Origin: Eledone cirrhosa
Lineage: Eukaryota
Length of the DNA: 64,000 nt
NCBI GenBank assembly: GCA_964016885.1
Contig: CAXHJY010000304.1
Span: 140,070 to 204,069, forward strand
Direction: 5' to 3'
A program made the translations under genes and the position numbers. The notes below the pieces were generated by a model that was given only the letters and a program-made list of their open reading frames with translations, did not search any database and was not told where the DNA came from. Of the stretch, positions 38,269-50,207 are shown piece after piece. How positions within the stretch are numbered: position 1 is the stretch's first letter; every line of letters starts with the position of its first letter.

Positions 38269-38603
38269 CATCATCATCATTTCATTTTACGCCCGCTTTT
38301 TCCCTGCTTGCAAGGGTGGGACGGGAACTGATTCTGGCTTGATTTCTACAGCTGGATGCCCTTCCTAACACCAACCTCATTTACAGTGAGTGCTCGGTGC
38401 TTTTTTGTCGTGGCACCTCCACGACAAATTTGCACTGGAATGATAGGGACCCCCAGTCCCTATCATCTCATTTCTACAGCTGAGTAAACTGGAGCAATGT
38501 GAAATAAAGTGTCTTGCTCAAGGAAACAACACATCACCCGGTCTGAGAATTGAACTCACAACCTTTTGATTACAAAGCTCTAACCATTAAGCCATGTGCC
38601 TCC
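38269..38603 (-). mobile_element. tRNA-derived SINE family Y with an RTE-derived tail
   Basis: Reverse complement of 49121-49460 with a few changes. Confidence 0.9.
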
Positions 38604-38671
38604 ATGTATAATTTAATTATTTTAAAATAATTTTTAAGTGAACATGGCCTAACGGGTCATGGGTGGTCTAG

Positions 38672-38703
<32 letters not shown>

Positions 38704-38892
38704 AATAGGTATCTGTATATGTAGTAGTGTGTACAATATTGAGCTGATTAATTTAAAACCCATGTGGAATGGTGTGTATGTTGAAAGTAAACTGTTAATT
38801 CTGTTATCTGGCTATGTCAGATAATGTAAGTATTGGGAAGGGACTTGAGAGAGGGGAGAGAAGGTTCGTTATATCGAGTTTAAAACCTGTTT

Positions 38893-39075
38893 ATTTGGCA
38901 GTATTGGTAGAGGGTCGGACACCATGCTTTGTAGCATAGAGTTACCTCCCTTTATGATCTGAGTTCAAATCCCCCCGAGGTTAACTTTACCTTTCATCCT
39001 TACGGGGTCGATAAAATAAAGTACCAGTAATGCACTGGGTTATTTATGGCCTTGTGCCAAAAGTAGAAACAATTA
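38893..39075 (+). mobile_element. SINE family Z
   Basis: tggcagtattggtag A-box-like and gagttcaaatccc B-box-like motifs; conserved core and tail. Confidence 0.85.
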
Positions 39076-39316
39076 TATATTTTTATTGAACAGGGTTGAG
39101 AGAGACATCAGCTGGTCTCTGTTCTGACTCTCACTACAGTTTCTATTTCTTTATTAATTCACATTAAATTACAAAGTGCTGCTTGACATTGACATATATT
39201 TGTTTATATATATGTTTGTATATGAATGTATATATATATATATATGTATATATATATTTATGTATATGTATATATATATTTATATATGTGTATATGTATG
39301 TATGTATGTATATATG

Positions 39317-39348
<32 letters not shown>

Positions 39349-39506
39349 TGTATGTATGTATGTATGTATGTATGTATATATATGTATATGTATGTATATA
39401 TATGTATATGTATGTATGTATATATGTATGTATGTATATATGTATATGTATGTATATATGTATATGTATGTATGTGTATATGTATGTATGTATATATGTA
39501 TGTATG

Positions 39507-39540
<34 letters not shown>

Positions 39541-39580
39541 TATATGTATGTATGTATATATATATGTATGTATGTATGTA

Positions 39581-39649
<69 letters not shown>

Positions 39650-39725
39650 ATATATATGTATGTATATATATATGTATGTATATATATATGTATGTATATA
39701 TGTATGTATGTATATATATATGTTA

Positions 39726-40365
39726 TGTCAGGTCACCAGTTGGTGCTACTGGTAACATGTATCCCAGTACAACCTGTCTCATGGTCGGGTCGTTGGCGAC
39801 TAAACTGGCAACCCCACCAAGGTTTCTTGGTGAGGAGGGTGACTTTGGACATCCTGCAGGACTAAAAACAAAACCTGTCAAAGGGCAAAGGAGCTCTTAA
39901 GAGTCAATGGCCATCCAAAATCACCGGGAGAGATGACCCCTTTAGCCTTAGTCAAGGCAGAATTCTAGGAGAAGGAAAACTCTGATATAACACCTGCAAC
40001 CCTGATGGTATCCAATGATGTTGACTTGTTCTTCTTTTTGGTAAATAGCATCTTGGTTAAGAGAGTGGGACTGGCTTTGTGCAGTGCCTTTGCTCACTAT
40101 AAAAGCTTCACGGCACAGGCATTGCTTTATATCTGGAGATCTCTCTGCACTTGTCCTCACATGGGCCCAGCACTATGTGTCAATAATTGTCCTACCATGG
40201 GCCTAGCACTATGTGTCAATAATTGTCATAGGTGTAGTGTTTGTACCAGAGGTTTCAGGTCGCTGGCTGGACTAAAAAGTCACACTCGTTCGGCGCTTCG
40301 GTAGGGGTTATCCTACATGGATGTAAAGTAGTGGCCGTACTCGAAAACGAGTTGGCAGCCACCAT
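39726..40365 (+). mobile_element. Non-autonomous RTE-derived element X, copy 1 (with a ~37-bp-period internal duplication at 40161-40227)
   Basis: The 5' part resembles an RTE 5' UTR (ctaggagaaggaaaactctgat). The 3' part encodes a C2H2-type C-terminus ([17 protein letters not shown]) followed by a short 3' UTR ending gcagccaccat. Confidence 0.75.
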
Positions 40366-40588
40366 ATATATATGTATGTATATATATATGTATGTATATA
40401 TATATGTATGTATATATATATGTATGTATATATATATGTATGTGTATATATATATGTATGTGTATATATATATGTATGTATATATGTATGTATGTATATA
40501 TATATGTATGTATATATATATATGTATGTATATATATATATGTGTATATATATATATGTATGTATATATATATATGTATGTATATATG

Positions 40589-40619
<31 letters not shown>

Positions 40620-40638
40620 GTATGTATATATGTATATA

Positions 40639-40671
<33 letters not shown>

Positions 40672-41673
40672 ATATATATGTATGTATATATATATGTATG
40701 TATATATGTATGTATGTATATATATATGTATGTATATATATATGTATGTATATATATATATGTATGTATATATATATATATGTATGTATATATATATATA
40801 TATGTATGTATATATATATGTATGTATATATATATGTATGTATATATATATGTATGTATATGTATATGTATGTATATATATATGTGTATGTATATATATA
40901 TGTATATGTATATATATGTGTATGTATATATATATGTGTATGTATATATATATGTGTATGTATATATATATGTGTATGTATATATATATGTGTATGTATA
41001 TATATATGTGTATGTATATATATATGTGTATGTATATATATATGTGTATGTATATATATATGTGTATGTATATATATATGTGTATGTATATATATGTGTA
41101 TGTATATATATGTGTATGTATATATATGTGTATGTATATATATGTGTATGTATATATATGTGTATGTATATATATATGTATATATATATGTGTATGTATA
41201 TATATGTGTATGTATATATATATGTGTATGTATATGTATGTATATGTATGTATGTGTATGTATATATATATGTATATGTATGTATATGTATGTATGTATA
41301 TGTATGTATATGTATGTATGTATATGTATGTATGTATATGTATGTGTATATGTATGTATATATGTATGTATATGTATGTATATATATGTATATATGTATG
41401 TATATATATGTATATATGTATGTATATGTATGTATATATGTATGTATATATGTATGTATGTATATATGTATGTATGTATATGTATGTATGTATATGTATG
41501 TATATGTATATGTATGTATATGTATGTATATGTATATGTATGTATATATATATATGTATATGTATGTATATATATGTATATGTATGTATATATATATATG
41601 TATATGTATGTATATATATATATGTATATGTATGTATATATATATATGTATGTATATATATATATGTATGTAT

Positions 41674-41704
<31 letters not shown>

Positions 41705-41795
41705 TGTATATATGTGTGTGTATGTATATATGTGTGTGTATGTATATATGTGTGTGTATGTATATATGTGTGTGTATGTATATATATATGTATGT

Positions 41796-41836
<41 letters not shown>

Positions 41837-41906
41837 TGTATGTATATATATATGTATATATATATGTATGTATATGTATGTATGTATGTATATATATATG
41901 TATGTA

Positions 41907-41939
<33 letters not shown>

Positions 41940-42295
41940 ATATATATGTATGTATATATATATGTATGTATATATATATGTATGTATATATATATGTATG
42001 TATATATATATGTATGTATATATATATGTATGTATATATATATGTATGTATATATATATATGTATGTATATATATATGTATGTATATGTATGTATGTATA
42101 TATATATGTATGTATATATGTATGTATATATATATGTATGTATATATATATGTATGTATATATATATGTATGTATATATATATGTATGTATATATATATG
42201 TATGTATATATATATGTATGTATATATATATGTATGTATATATATATGTATGTATATATGTATGTATATATATATGTATGTATATATATATATAT

Positions 42296-42454
42296 GGCAC
42301 TGTGTCAATAATGGTCACAAGTGTAGTGTCTGTACCAGAGTTTTCAAGTCGCTGGCTGGACTAAAAAGTCACATTCGTTCAGCGCATCGGTAGGGGTTCT
42401 CCTACATGGATATAAAGTAGTGGCCGTACTCGAAAACGAGTTGGCAGCCACCAT
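42296..42454 (+). mobile_element. Element X, 5'-truncated copy (3' 160 bp only)
   Basis: [25 protein letters not shown] plus the 3' UTR; same 3' end as the full copies. Confidence 0.85.
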
Positions 42455-42887
42455 GTATATATATATGTATGTATATATGTATGTATGTATATATATATGT
42501 ATGTATATATATATGTATGTATATATATATGTATGTATATATATATGTATGTATATATATATATGTATGTATATATATATGTATATATGTATGTATATAT
42601 ATATGTATGTATATATATATGTATGTATGTATATATATATGTATGTATATATATATGTATGTATGTATATATATATGTATATATGTATGTATATATATAT
42701 GTATGTATATATATATGTATGTATGTATATATATATGTATGTATATATATATGTATGTATGTATATATATATGTATATATGTATGTATATATATATGTAT
42801 GTATATATATATGTATGTATATATATATGTATATATATATGTATGTATATATATATGTATGTATATATGTATGTATGTATATATGTA

Positions 42888-42920
<33 letters not shown>

Positions 42921-42957
42921 ATATGTATGTATATATGTATGTATGTATGTATATATA

Positions 42958-43568
42958 TGTCAGGTCACCAGTTGGTGCTACTGGTAACATGTATCCCAGT
43001 ACAACCTGCCTCATGGTCGGGTCGTTGGCGACTAAACTGGCAACCCCACCAAGGTTTCTTGGTGAGGAGGGTGACTTTGGACATCCTGCAGGACTAAAAA
43101 CAAAACCTGTCAAAGGGCAAGGGAGCTCTTAAGACTCAATAGCCATCCAAAATCACCGGGAGAGATGACCCCTTAGCCTTTGTCAAGGCAGAATTCTAGG
43201 AGAAGGAAAACTCTGATATAACACCTGCAACCCTGATGGTATCCAATGATGTTGACTTGTTCTTCTTTTTGGTAAATATCATCTTGGTTAAGAGAGTGGG
43301 ACTGGCTTTGTGCAGTGCCTTTGCTCACTATAAAAGCTTCACGGCACAGGCATTGCTTTATATCTGGAGATCTCTCTGCACTTGTCATCACATGGTATCA
43401 TGGGCCCTGCACTATGTGTCAATAATGGTCACAAGTGTAGTCTTTGTACCAGAGTTTTCAAGTCGCTGGCTGGACTAAAAAGTCACATTCGTTCAGCGCA
43501 TCGGTAGGGGTTCTCCTACATGGATATAAAGTAGTGGCCGTACTCGAAAACGAGTTGGCAGCCACCAT
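42958..43568 (+). mobile_element. Element X, copy 2
   Basis: Runs tgtcaggtcaccagttggtg to gttggcagccaccat; highly similar to the other copies. Confidence 0.85.
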
Positions 43569-43963
43569 GTATATATATATGTATGTATATATATATGTAT
43601 GTATATATATATGTATGTATATATATATGTATGTATATATGTATGTATGTATATATGTATGTATATATATATGTATGTATATATATATGTATGTATATAT
43701 ATATGTATGTATATATATATGTATGTATATATATATGTATGTATATATATATGTATGTATATATATATGTATGTATATATATATGTATGTATATATATAT
43801 GTATGTATGTATATATATATATGTATGTATATATATATGTATGTATATATATATGTATGTATATATATATGTATGTATATATATATGTATGTATATATAT
43901 ATGTATGTATATATATATGTATGTATGTATGTATGTATATATGTATGTATGTATGTATATATG

Positions 43964-44006
<43 letters not shown>

Positions 44007-44896
44007 GTATGTATATATGTATGTATGTATATATGTATGTATGTATATATATGTATGTATATATGTATGTATGTATATATATGTATGTATATATGTATGT
44101 ATGTATGTATATATGTATGTATGTTTATATATTGACCACGTCTTGACCAAACAAAATATAATATTTTCACCAAAAACTGCCCTTTAAACACGTCAGATGG
44201 ATTACAATATTCATTATCACAATTACTTTCACTGTTCCCTGACAACTAGTACCAGTTTCAAGATAGAATTATCTTAACGAAGTATATATAATTTCACTTG
44301 ATTTTCGCCAACGAACCACGTGTGGACATGGACGGGGAAAAAAAACAAAACAAATCACTACGTCCCTTAAGGATCGCAGTAAGTACTCCACAAAACATAT
44401 AAACAACAATATACACACAGATTTATATACAGATACATACCATATGCATATACACACACGTGAAAAGAAACCACACTATTGCGTGTGAGACACTATACCG
44501 GCCAATTTTACCAATTTACATTGGTAAAATATTTCTTAACATTGACCTCGCTTCTAACCCACATACACCTTTTAATTATATATATATACTAGCAGCTGAA
44601 AGTTAATAATTTGAAAAAAAAATATTATTGAAAGTTTACTATAAAGAAGCAGTATCAGGGAATAAAAAAAAAAAAAAAAAAAAAAACGTTATTCGCTGTT
44701 AATAAACAACTGCCTTCTACAGTACGTTTCATTTAACTTTCGCAGCATATTTATTTGTTTACATGCACAGACTCTTCTACACACACACAACATTTAGGAA
44801 AACGGAAACAAAATACACAAAAAAAACAGACATTTTATTTCTATCGTAATCAAGTGCGCTAAACCTATATTGTTTACATTCTGTGTTTTTCTACGG

Positions 44897-46126
44897 ATGG
44901 GTAGAAATAACAAAATTGCCATGGTGATGTCCATCGATGAAATTTGCGACAAAACTGGTCGATGTCCAAAAATAGAACATTGCCCGGAAGATCACACCTG
45001 CCATATCTGTACGGAACCCGAAAACTCGTTCCGTAATCGCTGGGTCGAATGTGGAACCTGTCGCATCTCTGTCTGCCTTCAATGCGCCACAGGCTTCCGG
45101 AAGATCCCAGGCCAAAATAAGAAACATCACATTGCTACGATGGATAGACTCTGGGAGATGGTCCAGCTAACAAACTGGTCCTTTCAGTGCCTGGGCTGTA
45201 TGCCTGCTTCTCCCATTACTGCGGAACAACAACAAAGACCGAAGATCGTGTCTTCTACCATTGTTCCTGAACAACAACAACAAAAACCGAGGATCGTGTC
45301 TTCCTCTACCATTGTCGCTGAACAACAGCAAAAACCAACGACCGTAGCTTCTGCTACTACCCCCGTTGAAGGACTTCATCAACAACAGCAACCCATGTCT
45401 TCCTCACCCGTTACTTTTCAACAACAACAACCGACGACTGTGTCTTCTACCATTCCTGTTGAAGGAGAAGAACAACAACAAAAACCGACCGTCAATACGG
45501 AGTTTGAGGAAATACGGCAAATGATTTCCGCTTTAAGTCAAGAAATAGCGGAAATAAAATCAAGCGTTCGTGTAGAACCCCACAATGAGGGATCTTACCG
45601 GAGTGTCTTGTTAAAAAATCTCCGCGTACCTCATGTTGAACCTAGACGCATTGAGAATGCCACTGAAACTGCAAACCACGAAGTGATTGCCATCGGTGTG
45701 CCGGAAGACATAGTTGATCTTCAGGCATTTGCTACCAGTTCATCCAAAGACCTGGGCTGTGCTCCCGCAAAGGGTGCTCTACGCCTTGGCCGACCAGGCC
45801 CGAAACCCAGGTTAATTAGACTGTCGTTTTCAAACTCGGCTGAGGCACGTTCATACCTTGTAGCCTCTGATAAAGCTAGGCGTGAAAGTCGGATTGCTTT
45901 CCGAACACGTCCTGGTCTTCCACCTGATGTCCGCCCAAAGTTGCGTGCTGCAGCTTCCCTAAACCGCAGCTCGGCAGAACATGAAAGCTTCAGCCTACGA
46001 GATGATGGGCAGATATGGAGGTTTGTTAAGGCTGGCGAATCATGGAAAAGAGACACCAGCTGGTCTGAAAACAGTGTACCCACAACAACTGACAATAAAG
46101 AAACTGAAAAAACTCTGGGAAACTAA
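44897..46126 (+). CDS. LINE-A ORF1p (PHD-like zinc finger, Gln-rich repeats, coiled coil, RRM-like C-terminal part)
   Basis: First ATG at 44897. CHIC...WVECGTC...CLQC...FQCLGC; heptad segment FEEIRQMISALSQEIAEIKS; VIAIGVPE and RLGR...PRLIRLSF motifs typical of CR1/L2 ORF1. Confidence 0.88.
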   Translation: MGRNNKIAMVMSIDEICDKTGRCPKIEHCPEDHTCHICTEPENSFRNRWVECGTCRISVCLQCATGFRKIPGQNKKHHIATMDRLWEMVQLTNWSFQCLGCMPASPITAEQQQRPKIVSSTIVPEQQQQKPRIVSSSTIVAEQQQKPTTVASATTPVEGLHQQQQPMSSSPVTFQQQQPTTVSSTIPVEGEEQQQKPTVNTEFEEIRQMISALSQEIAEIKSSVRVEPHNEGSYRSVLLKNLRVPHVEPRRIENATETANHEVIAIGVPEDIVDLQAFATSSSKDLGCAPAKGALRLGRPGPKPRLIRLSFSNSAEARSYLVASDKARRESRIAFRTRPGLPPDVRPKLRAAASLNRSSAEHESFSLRDDGQIWRFVKAGESWKRDTSWSENSVPTTTDNKETEKTLGN

Positions 46127-46185
46127 ATCAGAACAACCTGCCATCCCCTGCACATAATCATAGACTGGAATCAAAGTACAAACTG

Positions 46186-48945
46186 TTGTCCTTGAATGCA
46201 CGTAGTCTATGCAATAAGATTCATCTTTTTGACTCCTACGTCAAAAGTATCAACCCGGACTTCATTACAGTCACGGAAACTTGGGCACATCCCTTACTCT
46301 GTGATGGGGTTTTCAGCATGACTGGCTACAACCTGTTTCGTAAAGACCGTATTAATCGTCGTGGTGGTGGTGTAATGGTCTACGTTCGGTCAAATCTGTC
46401 GGCAATTCCTTGTGCTGATTTGAACCAATCACAGCAGGAAGTTTTTTTCTGCGATATACGTATGACCATGTCAACACTGCTACTTGGAGTCGTTTACCGT
46501 CCCCCAAATTACCATCAGGACACTCAACTTTGTGATATCCTCAGAGCTGCTGCCAGGAAGACAGCCACTTATGTTTTCATTGCAGGTGACTTCAATCACC
46601 CTGAGATTGACTGGGAGACCTTTCGTTGGCCGCCAAGTGCAAATGACTTCCTTGAGCTGGTGCTGGACTCGAGTTGGTCCCAGGTGGTCACCTCCCCAAC
46701 GAGAGGTGACAACACTTTGGACCTACTCTTCACCACTACTCCTGAAACGGTCATTAGTGTTACTGCTGAGGAACCTTTAGGTGACTCTGATCATGCTATG
46801 ATCATTGCCAATCTATCCCTCATGGGCAGTAACAAGAACCACAACCATCTCCAAACTGCTCACTTTGACTGGAATAGAGCAGACTGGAACTGTTACTGCA
46901 CCGAGTTGCAACGGCCAAACTGGCTTGAGTTCTATGACTCTGGAGATGTCAACACTGTACTCCAGAACATCCTGAGCTCAATATGGACAGCATGTGCAGC
47001 ATCGGTGCCACGTAAGCGGAAAAAACATCCTAAAAGCGCAATTTGGGAGACTGCAGCAGTCCGTCTTGCCAGAAAAGAACGGCGCAATGCTGAACGTGAG
47101 TACAAACTTCACAAATCAGACATTAATAGGAAGAGGCGAAATAGATCGTCCAACCACCTCAAACAGGTGACAAAAAAGGCAGTGCTTCAATTTGAGCAGC
47201 GCATAGCAACCAGCCCTGACAGTAAGGTGTTCTGGAAGTATGTTCACTCAAAGCAGAGGCCTCACTCTCCAGTTGGTCCTCTTCGCAATCCCCACACAAG
47301 CCAGGTTACTGACGACCCCAAGGAATGCGCAGAGCTCATTGCTGAATGCTATGCAGGCATTTTCACCATTGAAGACCAGAGTGTACCATCTCCACCACCT
47401 ATGACACCGGACTCTATTACAACCATGGAATTTACACCTGCAATGCTGCGACGTCACCTAAAAAATAAACGCAACCATGCCTCTCCTGGTCTTGATGGTG
47501 TTACATACCTGCTTCTTAAACGTGGTGGGTACTTCCTTCTACGCCAGTTATCACGCTTCTTCCAATTCTGTCTGAACAACAGTGCTACTCCAGAACAGTG
47601 GAAAACTGCCAGTGTAATTCCTCTGTTCAAAAAGGGTGACCGCACATCACCTGTGAACTATCGTCCAGTCAGTCTTACTAGTTGCATCGCCAAACTGATG
47701 GAATCCTGTGTCAGAGAAACACTTTGGAACTTCTGGAGCTCTCACAGTCTTATCCGGCCTTCGCAATTTGGATTTATCCCCAACTCCAGCTGCTGTGATC
47801 AACTTATAGAGTTTCTTGAGGACATCACCCGGATCACTGATGGCGGCTCATGGGTGGATGTTGTTTACCTTGACTTTGCGAAGGCCTTCAATTCTGTGCC
47901 GCACAAAAGGCTTATGGCAAAACTCTCTGCAATGGGTGTGAAGGATGATCTTTTTAACTGGTTGAAGTCCTTCATTCTCAGTCGAAGAGAGGTAGTCACG
48001 GTTCTGGGACAGCATTCCTCACCATATGAGATGTCATCTGGTGTACCTCAGGGATCTGTTCTTGGCCCCCTTTTGTTTGTGGCATATATTAATGACATAG
48101 ATGCCAACTTAAGGAATGCCACAGTACTAAAGTACGCAGACGACATCAAGCTGTACCTTGAGATAAAAAGGACAGATCCTGAACACTATAGATCTTGCTT
48201 GCAGTCTGACCTGGACACAATGCAACAGTGGATCTCAGACTGGCAACTCAAGCTAGCTGTGGACAAGTGCACCACCATGCATTTTGGGAGTAAAAACCCA
48301 GCGTCCACATATTCCCTCCACAGCACTAATATCAAGAAGTCTTCCTGTGAACGTGACCTGGGCATTACGGTCAGCAGCGATTTGCGTTGGACGAGGCACG
48401 TCTCTAAAATTGTCAAGAGGGCCGAGGGTGTCTTAGCATCACTCAGCAAGACCTTTGTCAGCCGCTCTCCAGATATCTATTTAAGGCTGTATACAGCTAT
48501 GGTGCGACCACACTTAGAATTTGCATCACCAGTCTGGAACCCCTATCTTGCTCAGGACATTGACCGCCTGGAAACTGTTCAGAGACGTGCAACCAAGCGA
48601 ATACCCTCCATCAGGCATCTACCATACTCTGATCGCCTTGCTTCCCTGGGCATGGATTCATTGAAGCTCCGACGCCTGGCAACTGACTTGGTAAACACCC
48701 ACAAAATTGTTAACCATGTTGCCAACAACAACCCTGAGTGCCTTTTCGATTTCCATGTGTCTAACACACGTGGACATGCCCACAAAGTAAGAAAACAGCA
48801 CAGTTCCCATGACTTTCGGAAACATTTTTTCACGCTCAGAGTTGCTGAAGCATGGAACAAACTACCTGCATCAGTTGTTAGCTGTCGAGACGCTGCATCC
48901 TTTAAGGCCTCCATGCTTCCCGAGATCCGCCAACACTACAGCTAA
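46186..48945 (+). CDS. LINE-A ORF2p (APE endonuclease plus reverse transcriptase), uninterrupted
   Basis: LNARS, VTETW, GGGV, YRPP, GDFN, LDL, SDH, NYRPVSLTS, YLDFAKAF, GVPQGSVLGP, YADD, RPHLEFASPVWNP and TRGH. The start shown is a TTG; the frame is already open at 46117. Confidence 0.95.
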   Translation: MSLNARSLCNKIHLFDSYVKSINPDFITVTETWAHPLLCDGVFSMTGYNLFRKDRINRRGGGVMVYVRSNLSAIPCADLNQSQQEVFFCDIRMTMSTLLLGVVYRPPNYHQDTQLCDILRAAARKTATYVFIAGDFNHPEIDWETFRWPPSANDFLELVLDSSWSQVVTSPTRGDNTLDLLFTTTPETVISVTAEEPLGDSDHAMIIANLSLMGSNKNHNHLQTAHFDWNRADWNCYCTELQRPNWLEFYDSGDVNTVLQNILSSIWTACAASVPRKRKKHPKSAIWETAAVRLARKERRNAEREYKLHKSDINRKRRNRSSNHLKQVTKKAVLQFEQRIATSPDSKVFWKYVHSKQRPHSPVGPLRNPHTSQVTDDPKECAELIAECYAGIFTIEDQSVPSPPPMTPDSITTMEFTPAMLRRHLKNKRNHASPGLDGVTYLLLKRGGYFLLRQLSRFFQFCLNNSATPEQWKTASVIPLFKKGDRTSPVNYRPVSLTSCIAKLMESCVRETLWNFWSSHSLIRPSQFGFIPNSSCCDQLIEFLEDITRITDGGSWVDVVYLDFAKAFNSVPHKRLMAKLSAMGVKDDLFNWLKSFILSRREVVTVLGQHSSPYEMSSGVPQGSVLGPLLFVAYINDIDANLRNATVLKYADDIKLYLEIKRTDPEHYRSCLQSDLDTMQQWISDWQLKLAVDKCTTMHFGSKNPASTYSLHSTNIKKSSCERDLGITVSSDLRWTRHVSKIVKRAEGVLASLSKTFVSRSPDIYLRLYTAMVRPHLEFASPVWNPYLAQDIDRLETVQRRATKRIPSIRHLPYSDRLASLGMDSLKLRRLATDLVNTHKIVNHVANNNPECLFDFHVSNTRGHAHKVRKQHSSHDFRKHFFTLRVAEAWNKLPASVVSCRDAASFKASMLPEIRQHYS

Positions 48946-49038
48946 CACATACAAACATGTACTTCCCTGGCATTTGTGTATTATTCTATGTACTATATTG
49001 ACGAGTTGTAGTGCACCTGAGCACTTTACACAATAATT

Positions 49039-49076
<38 letters not shown>

Positions 49077-49120
49077 GTATGTATGGAGGCACATGGCTTA
49101 GTGGTTATATATGTATGTAT

Positions 49121-49460
49121 GGAGGCACATGGCTTAGTGGTTAGAGCATTGGCCTTGCAATCGAAAGATTGTGAGTTCAATTCTCAGACTGGGTGATGTG
49201 TTGTTTCCTTGAGCAAGACACTTTATTTCACATTGCTCCAGTTTACTCAGCTGTAGAAATGAGATGATAGGGACTGGGGTCCCTATCATTCCACTGCAAA
49301 GTGGTCGTGGAGGTGCCACGGCAAAAAAGCACCCAGCACACTGTAAATGAGGTTGGTGTTAGGAAGGGCATCCAGCTGTAGAAATCAAGCCAGAATCAGT
49401 TCCCGTCCCACCCTTGCAAGCAGGGAAAGGTGGACGTAAAATGAAATGAATGAAAATGAA
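49121..49460 (+). mobile_element. SINE family Y, full length
   Basis: A box tggcttagtggttag, B box gagttcaattctc, central ccttgagcaagacacttt block, 11-bp hairpin atgatagggac-tggg-gtccctatcat, and a tail homologous to the RTE 3' UTR at 15916-16078. Confidence 0.9.
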
Positions 49461-49565
49461 TGTATATATATATATGTATGTATATATATATGTATGTATA
49501 TATATATGTATGTATATATGTATGTATGTATATCTGTGTGTGTATATATATATATATATATAATG

Positions 49566-50175
49566 TGTCAGGTCACCAGTTGGTGCTACTGGTAACATGT
49601 ATCCCAGTACAAACTGTCCCATGGTCGGGTCGTTGGCGACTAAACTGGCAACCCCACCAAGGTTTCTTGGTGAGGAGGGTGACTTTGGACATCCTGCAGG
49701 ACTAAAAACAAAACCTGTCAAAGGGCAAAGGAGCTCTTAAGAGTCAATGGCCATCCAAAATCACCGGGAGAGATGACCCCTAGCCTTTGTCAAGGCAGGA
49801 TTCTAGGAGAAGGAAAACTCTGATATAACACCTGCAACCCTGATGGTATCCAATGATGTTGACTTGTTCTTCCTTTTGGTAAATATCATCTTGGTTAAGA
49901 GAGTGGGACTGGCTTTGTGCAGTGCCTTTGCTCACTATAAAAGCTTCACGGCACAGGCATTGCTTTATATCTAGAGATCTCTCTGCACTTGTCGTCACAT
50001 GGTACCATGGGCCCAGCACTATGTGTCAATAATTGTCACAACTGTAGTGTTTGTACCAGAGTTTTCAAGTCGCTGGCTGGACTAAACAGTCACACTCGTT
50101 CAGCGCATCGGTAGGGGTTCTCCTACATGGATATAAAGTAGTGGCCGTACTCGAAAACGAGTTGGCAGCCACCAT
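49566..50175 (+). mobile_element. Element X, copy 3
   Basis: Same termini and body as the other copies. Confidence 0.85.
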
Positions 50176-50176
50176 G

Positions 50177-50207
<31 letters not shown>

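Larger units (their letters stand above)
44125..49070 (+). mobile_element. Apparently full-length, intact CR1-clade LINE (LINE-A)
   Basis: About 770 bp of 5' region, ORF1, ORF2, a ~95-bp 3' UTR and an (ATT)n tail at 49041-49070, flanked by TA/TATG repeats. The 5' boundary is approximate. Confidence 0.9.

Noticed and set aside
49121-49195. tRNA gene calls at SINE heads (also 38893 and 21541)
   Set aside because: A/B boxes are present, but the sequence continues into multi-copy SINE bodies and I could not fold a complete cloverleaf.
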